A DNA stretch of 62,540 nucleotides, counting the filler, from Bonamia ostreae (Eukaryota): NCBI GenBank assembly GCA_040357525.1. It is 13 parts of 13 records of this genome, joined end to end, with 100 filler letters (N's around TTAATTAATTAA, not from the genome) between each part and the next. Parts side by side here need not be neighbours in the genome. Positions count along the whole stretch, not along the records: positions 48,316 to 53,005 come from JBDODL010000279.1; positions 53,106 to 57,783 come from JBDODL010000280.1; positions 57,884 to 62,540 come from JBDODL010000281.1; 10 more parts are not named here. One strand, 5' to 3'. Below are positions 49,432-60,527 of the stretch, one piece after another; the first letter of the stretch is position 1, and each line of letters begins with the position of its first letter. The notes beneath the pieces are model-generated. The model had not been told where the DNA came from, searched no databases, and was given only the letters and a program-made list of their open reading frames with translations. The translations under genes and the position numbers were made by a program.

Positions 49432-51620
49432 TTATTTAAAAGAATCTCCGATCTCCATCGGCTCAATTTCGATTCCTTTTCGAAAAACAACGCGTTTCTT
49501 TATTTTTTCAACAAACTCTTTCTCGGTGTTCCAATTTCGTCCGATCGACGTTTCCATTAATTTATTATATTTATTTTCAGATTTGAACTCGGATGGTTTC
49601 TCAGGAATGGTCACACGCGACAACTAAAATTCGGAAAATAAACCGTTTCTGCAATCGCTTCTTCGTTGAAAACAACCGTTTTTTCTAAAGGTTTCTTTTC
49701 AGTTTTTTTAATCTTTTTCTTTTTTCTGATTCCTTTTCCTGCCCACGATCCCTTTTTATTGAAGATAAAATTTTTGTAAATTTGCAAATGTGAAACCCAT
49801 CCGACATTCTCATCTTCACTATTTTCATCTTCGACATTTTCCTCTTGTTTCTTCATAAAATCTTCTCTTTCGAAACCTGTTGTTTCCACTTCTGCAATTC
49901 TGTCATTGTTATCTTCAGATTCTCCTAAAGGTATAAAGTCTTCAGAATCGCTATCAAATTCTGCAAATTCTTTTATCAGTTTTTCACTTTTCTCATTTTT
50001 CGCAGTTTTATTGTTTTTAAAGTTCTTTTTTGAGATTATTTTGTTTGTCAAATTTGAATTTTCGTTGGTCAAATTTGAATTTTCGTTGGTCAAATTTGAT
50101 TTTTCGTTGGTCAAATTTGATTTTTCGTTGGTCAAATTTGATTTTTCGTTGGTCANNNNNNNNNNNNNNNNNNNNNNNNNNNNNNNNNNNNNNNNNNNNN
50201 NNNNNNNNNNNNNNNNNNNNNNNNNNNNNNNNNNNNNNNNNNNNNNNNNNNNNNNAATTTGATTTTTTGTTGGTCAAATTTGACATTTTAAAATCTATTT
50301 CGGTTTGGTCTGCCGTTGTATAAAATCCATTAATACTTTTTCCAGATTTCGTTTCATTATCAATATTTTGAACCGAACTAGATTTTTTAAAAATATTCAA
50401 AGTTTTAAATTTTTCGCCATCGTTATCCGATAATCCACTTTTTTCTTCATTTTTTTCTAAAGCTTTTTTCATAAATTTAAGAGCAAAAATTCCTTTTTTC
50501 GTTCCTTCTTTTGAATCGTCTGAATCCGATTTGACATCAAAAAGATTTTCGTCGTTATTATCCGTTTCTCGTTCTTTTTCGACTCTTTTCCTCAAGTTCT
50601 GTTTTAACAATCAAAATTTACAAAAATTTCAAATTCGCGACATTACAAAAAATCAATTTTTGAACTTTGTCAATTTGTCTCATATCTTCTAAACTGTTTT
50701 TAATGTCACTATCTTTCGCCAAAAAAGGCCTCTTCGCTACTCTTTTAGCCCATTTACTCGTATTCTTATGCCGCAGATCCATTCTTTCTTTAGCTCGACT
50801 TTTAATATTTTGGTTAAAAACGCCAAAATCAAGTTTTCTTTTGATTCTTCCGCAAGTAATCCGTCTTTTTTCAAATCGTTTATTTTTTTGTTTTTCTCTC
50901 TTTTCAGCATTTTTCGATATTTTCTACTTTTTATTTTCTTCACTCTTTTGTTCCTGTTTTTATCAAAGAAATCTTTCGATTTTTGAATGGCTTTGTCCAT
51001 CGTTTCTTTTTTGTCCAGATTTTTATGTTTTGCAAAATTGTTCGATTTGTTTTTCGTCAATCCGGACAACAGTTTTACAAATTTTTTGTCAAAACTCGTT
51101 GTGTTCTTTACGTTTGAAGTTATTTCTTTCAAATTTGGCTAAAAGTTTATTTTGAAACTTTTTCTATTAATGGCGTCTGTTTGCTGAAAAATGAAATCTG
51201 GCTCGATTTTCTTTTCCGTTTGACAAGAGGATCCCATTTCGAAACCGCTCCTTTCAATTCTTCGTAGCAGATTTTTCGTTCCATTCTTTTTTCCGTCGAA
51301 GGATTAAAATTGGTTGCGCTTTTGTTCAAGTTTGGCCCAAAATTTTTGGAAATCGACTTAATTTTGTTTTTAAGCGAATCGTCATTTACGTCCGTTGCCA
51401 GATCCTCTAAAGAGATCTTTTTGGTGTGGAAAATATTGAATTGATTTCTGCTTTTCTTTTCAGTTGTCAATTTTTGTATTTCCGTTTGTTCGATATTTCT
51501 GTTTTCCAAAACGTTTTTTATCAAGTTTTTATGTTTGTTTTCGGTATATCCGCTATCTCCGAACTCAAAGTCCGAAACTATGTCAGAATCGATTTCAGAA
51601 TCGAATAGATTATCAGACAT
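49432..51620 (-). CDS. UTP14: U3 snoRNP/SSU processome protein Utp14
   Basis: ERKICYE...KWDPLVK, KKIKSRKYRK, RAKERMDLRHKNTSKW, LKFMKKA, GW|GSWAGKG and SIGRNWNT. Contains a 21-bp tandem repeat around a gap. Confidence 0.9.
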
Positions 51621-51886
51621 AAAAAATTGGTGGCTAAAATGTTATAACGCAATTTCAATCTATAAAAATCGATGGCTAAAAGCTTGTTTATTCTAATTTT
51701 TACAAATTATTTAAATTGGAAGAACATAACAATCAAAAATTTTGCAAAAAATGCACAAAAAGATTAAATAATCAATTTAATTTTAGCCAAAATTACATAA
51801 AAAACGATTAATCGCAAAAGATTAAATAGCTTTAAATATTAAAATTTATATAAATATTATAAATAGCTTTAAAAATTAGCACTAAA

Positions 51887-52570
51887 ATGATTATTTGCTA
51901 TTTTGTCCTATTTTTGGCATCATTTGTTCTTCCTTCCAAACATGTTTTTGAAAAAATGGCCATCGAAGGATTTCCAGAAAGCCTCGATTTCGAGCCAATG
52001 AGAAAAAGCCCAGAAAACGAAGAAGAGCAATCGGCCATTTCTTATTCGCTCGAATTCGAAGGCTCTCCTGGACACTCCGTCTTCTTCGTGTTGGGAAGAA
52101 GAGAAGATGTTCTTATAACATTTAAAAAAATTTTAAAAAAAATTAACCATTTTTTAAAAATTTGTGAATATCGAGTTTAAAATATATGGGAATTTATTAA
52201 AATCAAAACAGCTTAATGATGGAGTGATTTGTGCTTCAAAGGAGTTGAAAGAAATATTACCGCTGGCAGATTCAAAGATGAAAATAATAACGATCGATTT
52301 GGAAAATGGCTACAAAAAAATCGAAGGGAAATATGTAATTGAAGAAGACAGTCTTTACACATTCATTTTCGTTTCTTGTGAAAAAGAAAACTTTTTATGT
52401 CTTTTTATTTTTCAAATTTTTTGTTTTCTAAAATGATTTGAAAAATTTTTGGTTTGCTAAACTTGGATAATTTAGACAAAGAGAGCAAACCAATCACTGT
52501 TTCAGGACAAGTTAGTTTGCGTGGCCCGTACGGATTTCTTCCGCCTCATAAACAAAGACTTGTTAATATG
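51887..52570 (+). CDS. GOST/lung-7TM family protein (TMEM87/GPR107-like), lumenal N-terminal part (3'-partial)
   Basis: Signal peptide, YTFIFVSC and GPYGFLPP, the motif that precedes the 7TM domain. Confidence 0.65.
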
Positions 52571-52609
52571 GTTTACAACATTTTTAATATTCTTTTGACA
52601 GTTTAACAT

Positions 52610-53005
52610 TTTATCGCAATTTTAAATTTTTTGTGATTTTCAATTTTATTATTTTTTGCAATTTTTTTTGAGATTTGCAATTTTGTTATTTTTTTCAATT
52701 TTAATATTTTTTGAGATTTGCAATTTTATTATTTTTTCAATTTTAATATTTTTTGAGATTTGCAATTTTATTATTTTTCGCAATTTAAAAATTTTAATTC
52801 GATTTGCAATTTTATTATTTTTCGCAATTTAAAAATTTTAATTCGATTTGCAATTTTATTATTTTTTGCAATTTTATTATTTTTTGCAATTTAAAAATTT
52901 TAATTCTATTTGCAATTTTATTATTTTTTGCAATTTTAATATTTTAATTCGATTTGCAATTTTATTATTTTTTCAATTTTAATATTTTTTGAGATTTGCA
53001 ATTTT
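52610..53005. repeat. AT-rich degenerate tandem repeat (intronic) running to the contig end
   Basis: GATTTGCAATTTTATTATTTTTT recurs at about 40-bp spacing. Confidence 0.8.
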
Positions 53006-53105
53006 NNNNNNNNNNNNNNNNNNNNNNNNNNNNNNNNNNNNNNNNNNNNTTAATTAATTAANNNNNNNNNNNNNNNNNNNNNNNNNNNNNNNNNNNNNNN
53101 NNNNN

Positions 53106-53310
53106 CATCCTTTCAATTTGAAAAACAACAATGTTTTTCCAGAATTTTCTGGGCCGATCATAACGACATTTTTGATTTTTGTTTTTCGCGCAAACAAATT
53201 TTTGCCTATTAATTCGAGCTATAAAAACTCATTATAGCCGTAATTACGGAAATAAGAATTGTTACAAACATCATTATGTACAAATAAGAATTGTCAACTC
53301 CAAAATCCAT
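53106..53310 (-). CDS. SRPRB: Signal recognition particle receptor beta subunit, N-terminus (3'-partial); not in the ORF track
   Basis: MDFGVDNSYLYIMMFVTILISVITAIM|SKNLFARKTKIKNVVMIGPENSGKTLLFFKL: an N-terminal TM followed by a GxxxSGKT P-loop. Confidence 0.7.
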
Positions 53311-53515
53311 TTTATATTCCCAAAATAATTATATCCGAAATTATTAAAATGATAAAGCTTTTAAGCTTAAAAAATGTCTTTTTCTATAAAATTAATCTAT
53401 GTATCTACATATTTAAAAAGCAGTAAAAATAAAATCAAACAATTTTCGAAATTTTGTTGCTAAAAATTAATTTAGTAAAGCTAAATTTTAACCTGCCGTA
53501 TATAAAAGTCCGAAA

Positions 53516-54764
53516 ATGGAATTGCCATGGCTTGAAAAATATCGACCGAAAAATTTGAATCAAATTGTTGGAAACGATTTAGTTATCGATCGCCTTAAGT
53601 CCATTGCGGAAACCGGTAACATGACAAACCTCCTTCTCAGCGGTCCGCCCGGCATTGGCAAAACGACCACAATAATATGCCTCGCCAAAAAGCTGCTCGG
53701 TAGCGACTATAAAAAAGCAGTTTTGGAATTGAATGCGTCTGACGAACGGGGGATCGACGTCGTCCGAAACAAAGTGAAGAATTTTGCGAAAACTAAAGTC
53801 GGATTGCCAAAAGGGCGCCACAAATTAATCATTTTAGACGAAGCAGACAATATCACTTCGAGTGCCCAGAACGCTTTAAGACGAACAATGGAAGTCTGAA
53901 ATTTTCACAAAATATTTTAATTTAAAAATTTTTAAATTTTACAAATTTATTTCGCTTTTAAAGCTCTATTCGGATACGACAAGATTTATATTGTCTTGCA
54001 ATTTTTCGACAAAGATAATCGAAGCGATTCAAAGTTGAAATTTCTAAAAATAGGTCGCTGCGCTGTTTTGAGGTTCAGTAAATTGAACGAAAAGGACGTT
54101 CTTAAAAGAATGCTCAAAATTTTGGAATTTGAAAAGGTTCGATATTTTTAAAATTTGTCTTCGAAAATGAATCAAACTTTTCAAAGTCTAATATTTTTCG
54201 AAAATGAATAATTTTTCGACCGATTTATCAAATCTTTACCATTCGCTAAACTTTGATAAAGATAAATAGCTATGACGAAAATGGATTAGAAGCCATTTTG
54301 TTTATAGCAGACGGCGATCTTAGAAACGCGATCAATAGCATGCAAGCTACACATACAACTTTTGAAAGCATCACAGAACAAAACGTCTACAAAGTTGCAA
54401 AATCCAAAATTTAGGTTTGTGACGTTCCGCACCCGTTCATTTTGGACCAAATAATCAATTTGTGTTCCAAAAATGACGTCGCGTCCGCTTTGGATAGGAT
54501 GAACGGTAATTCTTGAAAATTTGAAGCTCTGATATCGAAGGGATACTTGGCTAGTGACATTGTGACATCGTTGTTTCGATCTGCCAAAAATTCAAATTCG
54601 CTGAAAATTAGCCAGCAATTGAAGTTTATACAAGTTTTTGATTAAATGTCGAGATAATTGGTTCGTCGCATTTGCGGATTTTGGAAGGGAACTGTTCGCG
54701 CTTGCAACTAAATGGCTTGGTCGCATCGCTTTGTCGATACGACGAAAACGATAAATTTGACTGA
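53516..54764 (+). CDS. RFC2: Replication factor C small subunit (human RFC2 / yeast Rfc4); 6 introns
   Basis: [52 protein letters not shown] and VCDVPHP. Confidence 0.95.
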
Positions 54765-55054
54765 TTTTCAAATTTTGAATTCTTTCGATTATTAATCATT
54801 TCCAAATTTTTCGATTTTTAATTTTTTTGGTTTAAATATATTCTAACGTAGACTATATTAAGTTTTTTGTCTTTACGAGAAAAAATGGGAAATCGGTTTC
54901 CCATTTTTTAATTTTGAAACTTTTGCAATTAATTGGTTTTTCGAAAAAGTGTTTTGTTGAAATAATAAATTTTCCCCAAACTTTAAAACCTGCAAAAAGA
55001 CGACGTAAAAACATTATTAACCTCTATAAACCTTGCAAAAAAAACTTTTCTTAA

Positions 55055-55783
55055 ATGGAAACAGAAACAACAAACATAAGAAAAGTAAATTGCAAAACTG
55101 CAGACTCGACATCGACTGGTTTTTTCGCTTTTTCAACGGCATCCATTTTTTACGGTTTGTCGTTATCTGAAGCCATTCCGTTTTCTGCTCTTTCAATGCT
55201 ATATTCCCTCGTTTTTGGGGGGTTTTTACAAATTTTATGCGGTTTCAATCAATTTCTCAACGGAGACGTCTTCTACGGCACTTTCTTTACCGTTTTTGGG
55301 GCTCATTGGATATTGCAATATTTTGTCGATATTCTAGTTGTTGATTCCAAAAACGCGATTGTCGATTCTGTGTTGTGGGCTGCGATCTCGATTGTTTTCG
55401 CGGTCAATTCTTTGGACAAAAATTGGATTATAATTCTTTTTTTGGGCGAGTTGGTTGCCTACTTTTTCGTTGAAATGATTGTGATGGCGGTCGGCAAAGG
55501 CAGAGTTGCCATGGGCGTGTTTCTAACGTTGATCGGGTTGAGTTCTTTTTTCCTCGCCTCTGTCGAGTTTACAGTCCAAAACGGCGGAATCAGTGTTGGA
55601 GACAAGTTTAAAATTTTTGCAACAAAAAGGGACTGTTCAATTAGTAAATTTTTGCTTATTTTGATGTTTGACATTATTTTTATCGGCGAAGAACCGTCCT
55701 CGTTAAAAAGATTTGACGATGTTGTAAATGTAATTTCTGGGACAATTTATTGTTTTATCTTCATTTATTCAAATGAGATTTGA
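55055..55783 (+). CDS. Acetate uptake transporter family (SatP/YaaH/Gpr1/Fun34) protein; 3' end may extend further
   Basis: Six-TM pattern with FGGFLQILCG...NGDVFYGTFFTVFGAHW. The family motif NPAPLGL appears as DSTSTGF. Confidence 0.7.
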   Translation: METETTNIRKVNCKTADSTSTGFFAFSTASIFYGLSLSEAIPFSALSMLYSLVFGGFLQILCGFNQFLNGDVFYGTFFTVFGAHWILQYFVDILVVDSKNAIVDSVLWAAISIVFAVNSLDKNWIIILFLGELVAYFFVEMIVMAVGKGRVAMGVFLTLIGLSSFFLASVEFTVQNGGISVGDKFKIFATKRDCSISKFLLILMFDIIFIGEEPSSLKRFDDVVNVISGTIYCFIFIYSNEI

Positions 55784-56285
55784 CGATTTTTCTTTGTTTG
55801 TAAAAGAGATTTGCTCAACATATTGTCAGCTTCTCTTCCACATATTCTCGACAAAATGACGTTTTGTCGACGCGTTTGGCCATTGAAATGGTAATAATTG
55901 TTATTATTCCCATTTTCCGTTTAAGTCAATTTAAATTGTTTCCAATTTAACTCAATTCGATGTTGATACCGACCTCCTTTACTGGTTGCTGTCCCAGCGT
56001 ATGTCGGAATCAACATCGAAGTGCAATGATACCGACTAAAAGCCTTGACAACTATATTTTGTGTACAAAAATGAAGTGTATTTGAAAATATTTTTAAGTT
56101 TCCGAAAATTAGACGATGGACAAAAATCGAACGGTCTCAAAGTACTTATTTCAATAAGTACTTATTTTGGTGTAAATTGAAGAAAAGAAGACATTAAAAT
56201 AATGCTCGAAGTACTTATTGGCGAAGGACCGCCCAGAAAAAGAAGAATTGTTTGAGACACCGAAATCTCAAAATGTTAAATGAAT

Positions 56286-57335
56286 TCATATCGGCACGAA
56301 TTTCTTGAATGTTTTGCCACCGGTTTCGCGTTTGCGAATGGTTTTGTATTCTAGAAATGTCGTGTGCCGCATCACCCCGTCTTTTCCTCTAACGCGAGTT
56401 GGTAATCTTTTTTTGTTTGATTTGTAACTTCCGATTTTGCTTATTTCTGTTATTATCATCGGCGCCTTCAACGGTCTGACTTTCTTTCATTTTCAAAATT
56501 TTGAAATTTTGAAATTTTAAAATTTGAACCTTCACTTCTTCGATTACTTTCCCAGAGCCAACCCCTTTTCTGGGAACTTTCAATTCTTTCAGAGAAGGTC
56601 TTTCGGGGCCCAAATCGTAATCCAGTAATCCATCGGGAGTCGATCCGAAGCACTTGTCCTGTTTTATTGTTAAATTGGTCCAATCGCCAAATTTGGATTT
56701 AAAACTCTTTTATTGTATCCGAACATTCCTGTTCTTCTGTTGAAGACCTCTTCGAGATATTGTTTGTGCGGAGAGTAAATGATATTTTTCTGACTCAAAA
56801 ATGGCACGATTTGGACATAAAGCGAATCGTTCAAGTGGTTGCTCAAATCTTCTTTCTTCTTCCCGTAAAAGCGGCATTTCTGCCTTTCCCTCGTGAATTG
56901 GCTTCTGTTGGAACGATCGATTTTGCTCATTCTTTCCAAATCGGAATGAAATGTTTCTTTGATGTTTTCTTCGATTTGGACGCATTTCAGAAAGAATTCG
57001 ATTTGGTCTTTCCTAAACCCGAAAGCAGAGGCCAATCTTTGCTTCGTCCAATGGATCGGGGCTTTCTTGTGCATTTTGTAGAGCAGTCTTTTGACTAAAG
57101 GCGAAGGGATGTCTTTAGCGATGTGATATTTGGTTCTAATCGATTTTGGTATGTGCTCGTTTATTATTTGAGCAGAGTTTTTTGGTTGCTTTGACAATTT
57201 GTCAACGAAAGGGTTGCTTCTCTTGGACTTATCCAAAGGGGTCAAGTTATTAAAAATGAATCTCTTCTCGATATCGATCGAGCCTAGTTTTAGGTTGTGT
57301 GGCGTTCTAAATTTGCTCTTGTTTAGAACGAACAT
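56286..57335 (-). CDS. Probable mitochondrial ribosomal protein mS45-like
   Basis: LYKMHKKAPIHWTKQRLASAFG...FLKCVQIEE resembles the mS45/neugrin-like helix-turn-helix. Basic protein; two introns restore the frame. Confidence 0.45.
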
Positions 57336-57447
57336 TTTACAAAAACGAGCTTTTGGATTTTGTGTTGAATATATTTTAATGGAAACAAAATTAGCTTTTT
57401 ATTAAAGAATCTTGATAAAGTGTCAATTCGGTCAATAATATCATTAA

Positions 57448-57755
57448 ATGGCTTTGGAAGCGAATAGAGAAAATGAAGAAAAGGCAGACGATTTTGCGTC
57501 GCAAGCGAACAAAAAACTGAGGAAATGGAGTTTTTTCTCTTCCAGCAACAAGTACGACGACGCTGCTGATCTGTACATAAAAGCTGCAGTGCATTACAAA
57601 TTAGCTAAAAATCGTAAATTGAGTAAATTTAGTTAAAAAAAGCGCTGAACATTTCGAACTTGCGGCTAAAATATACGAAAAACAAAACGCTCTCCATTTG
57701 GCCGCCACAAATTACATTTCGGCTGGCAAAGCTATAATGGATATTTCGATCAGCG
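57448..57755 (+). CDS. NAPA: Alpha-SNAP / Sec17, N-terminus (3'-partial)
   Basis: ANKKLRKWSFFSSSNKYDDAADLYIKAAVHYKLAK; 19-nt intron. Confidence 0.85.
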
Positions 57756-57883
57756 GTTTCATCAAAATTTTGGTCAACTATACNNNNNNNNNNNNNNNNN
57801 NNNNNNNNNNNNNNNNNNNNNNNNNNNTTAATTAATTAANNNNNNNNNNNNNNNNNNNNNNNNNNNNNNNNNNNNNNNNNNNN

Positions 57884-58866
57884 TTTGGTTATTGAATCCT
57901 TTAACAGTCCCAATATCGCCCAGAGGCAGTTTCGATTCTTTAGTTAGTTTTTTAGTTCTCCGTTTTTTTAATAAAATAAAGAAATGATCGACCAGATCTT
58001 GCAAAACCGATTTTTTGTCGCCGGATTAACGTTTTGAAAATTTTTATAAAGAGGTTGGGACTGTCAATACATCTGCGAATCTACCCCGTTATCTTTGTCT
58101 TTTCCATCTTTTTGTACATTTTGCGCAGAAAACAGAAAAACGCTTTTTTGCCGCTCTTCAAGTTTTTCGCTGCAGTTTCCATCTCCTTTGTCAGTCTTTT
58201 CATTCTTTGCTACAATTTGTTTTATATTCAGTGCAATGGCCACAACAAAATTTTTCTAATTGTGACAATAATAAAGATACCAAAACGATTTCTTCGAAAA
58301 TAGCTATTTGTACCATTTAAAACGAATTGATTTAAAACACAATTTTTCGATTTATTTTTACTATTTTTATCTTTTCAGCCAAAATTCGTCAAATTTTGTC
58401 AAAATATTAAAATTCGTCCCGTTTATCGTTCAAACAGCGCTTATTTTCGCGATTTCTTTAAAATTTTATGCAAATTTGTTTCAGTCACTGTTTTTTCTAT
58501 CTTTCTGTTTCGTAACTTTTAATAAAGTTTACACGGCGCAAGTTTTTTAATGTCATGTTGTGTTTTGGTTTTGTACATGTTGCGGTTGTTTTTGTTACAA
58601 TAATCTATTTAAAGTACTTATCTTGGTATTATTGTTTGATGCCATTGGCGATAAACAGAATGACGATCACAGAAATGATTTGCATTGTTGGTTTGTCGAC
58701 GGTTGCTCAAGTGAATTGGATTTATTGGTCGGAAATGCTTGAAGGACAAGGAGAACAAGTGTTCCTTCAACTTTTCTTTGGCTGTGTTTTAATGTTTTTG
58801 GCAAATTTGGCTATTTTGGTCTATTCGATTTGCCATTTTAAAGACGGAAAAGTAAAAATCGATTAA
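57884..58866 (+). CDS. PIGM: GPI mannosyltransferase 1 (5'-partial)
   Basis: NPLTVPISPRGSFDS, GLSIHLRIYP, YLYHLKRIDLKHNFSIYFY and FVTFNKVYTAQ|YLSWY. Confidence 0.9.
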
Positions 58867-58899
58867 AAATTTTGAATTATTTTTAAAACGAAAAAATCA

Positions 58900-59139
58900 G
58901 TCAACTGTATAGTCTGAATTGAGTTAAAGCCCAGTGGGCTTCTTGCAAATCGAGCTAATATTAATGTGCCGCGGAGACTCTCAGCTTTTTCTTGGAACGT
59001 CGGTTAAACTTCATCCGCTCCAGAGAAAAAGTGTTTTCTGTTGCCACCGTTCAGACAATCAATGTCTGTCCCTTTCGGAAATGTCGGCTACCTCAGACCT
59101 TCCCCAGTGCATTTGCACCGAATTGCAACACAGAAGACC
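58900..59139 (-). ncRNA. Nuclear RNase P RNA (~240 nt)
   Basis: Minus strand has CR-I GGGAAGGUCUGAG (about 59104-59092) and CR-V CUCAAUUCAGACUA (about 58923-58910), which form P4. P1 is CUGUGU/AUACAG. TATA at 59161-59169 and a U6 terminator at 58891-58896. Confidence 0.92.
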
Positions 59140-59245
59140 GAATGCGAAAACGACTCCGCGTTATATAAATACTTTTTTGCTAAAAAAAGTTTTTATGGGA
59201 TTTTAGTATCTGTTTTTTATTTTTGAGAGATTTGCTCTCCCAAAA

Positions 59246-60458
59246 ATGGTCGAAAACTTGAAAGGCAAACACAGAGGACTTGAATACAAAACGAAGAAAA
59301 AAATGTCGAGGATACATTAAAAGTTGAGAAATGTCGAAATTGATTAATACGCATAAATCTAGTTATTTTACATATACAAAAAATTGGAAATGACTAAAGG
59401 CGCGAAACAGCGAAATTTTGATTTAAAAAAATGTAAGTTTTGATAAAATATAGACGAATCATTGACAAAAAAGAAAAATCCGTTTGATTCGATTAATCGG
59501 AATTCAAACAAAAATGGTCTCCGACGTAACATTGGCATCATAAGCAAAATGCAACACAAAAACAAAACAGTTAAACAATTTGGAAGACAAAATAAAAATC
59601 GATATTTCAATAAAACACGAAGAAACAGAGACGAGAATAAACAAAATGTCAACTACTCTAACAATAATAATTCGAAATTCGAAAAAAATCCAAAAACCTT
59701 AATGGACAAAATAAATAAAAAAATTCAAGATGATGAATCCGACGAAAACTTGGTGCGGATGTCAGATGAAAAATTTAGCCAAATAAGGAACAAATTGAAC
59801 TTTTCGGGAAAACCAAGAATTTTCAAAAACGACGTCTCCGAATCCTTTCAAAATCTTCTCGTTTCGCTTAGCAGCGAAAGCACCGCAACGGCCATAAAAA
59901 AGGCGCAAATTCTGACAAAAGATGATAGCAGTAGTTCCTCCGACTTGATTAGCAATAGTTCCATTTTAATCTTTAATCGGATTTTAATTTGTAGCTTCGT
60001 TTTATATGTAAACTTTTTGTTATTTTGCTAAACTTCACTTTTGTGAAACAATTTTAGACGATCAAGACTTTCCAGACGATCGCGAAAACAGCAAAGTTGA
60101 TCAAGACGCGGAAACAAAATTTTTGGATAAAATGACTAATGACGAAGTCAGGAAATTATACGAAATAGACTCAAGCGATCCCAATGACAACAGTTTGGAC
60201 CAAAACCAAAAAACTGGCAAAAAATCAAAATTTGCAAGTCCTCGCAAAAAATTTGCAACATTAACGCCTTCCCTTTCCAGATTCAAAAAGAAGCCGCGGA
60301 TCCAAAAAATGGCGCGGACCAAAGAACGAAACAAATTAAAGTCGCTCAGAAAAAAAGCCTCCGAATTCAGATTCGAGAAAAGAGCCTTGGAAGTCAAAGA
60401 AGAAACGAGGAGAGCAGAACGTCAGAAAGAGATCCGCAAGATCATAGAAAACGAATAA
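59246..60458 (+). CDS. Hypothetical basic, low-complexity protein; multi-exon
   Basis: Consecutive same-strand ORFs at 59462-60031 and 60123-60458 with plausible splice sites. No family recognised. Confidence 0.45.
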
Positions 60459-60527
60459 ATTTTATTTTTATGCGCAATTTACCATTTTTGTGCAAACTTA
60501 GTAGCCATAAATTTATTTCACTCGGAC

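Noticed and set aside
4767-57883. Regularly spaced TTAATTAATTAA motif about every 4.8 kb, suggestive of a repeat array or nanochromosome boundaries
   Set aside because: It is always flanked by 44 N on each side, genes are cut at these points, and contigs are length-sorted. It is an assembly linker.
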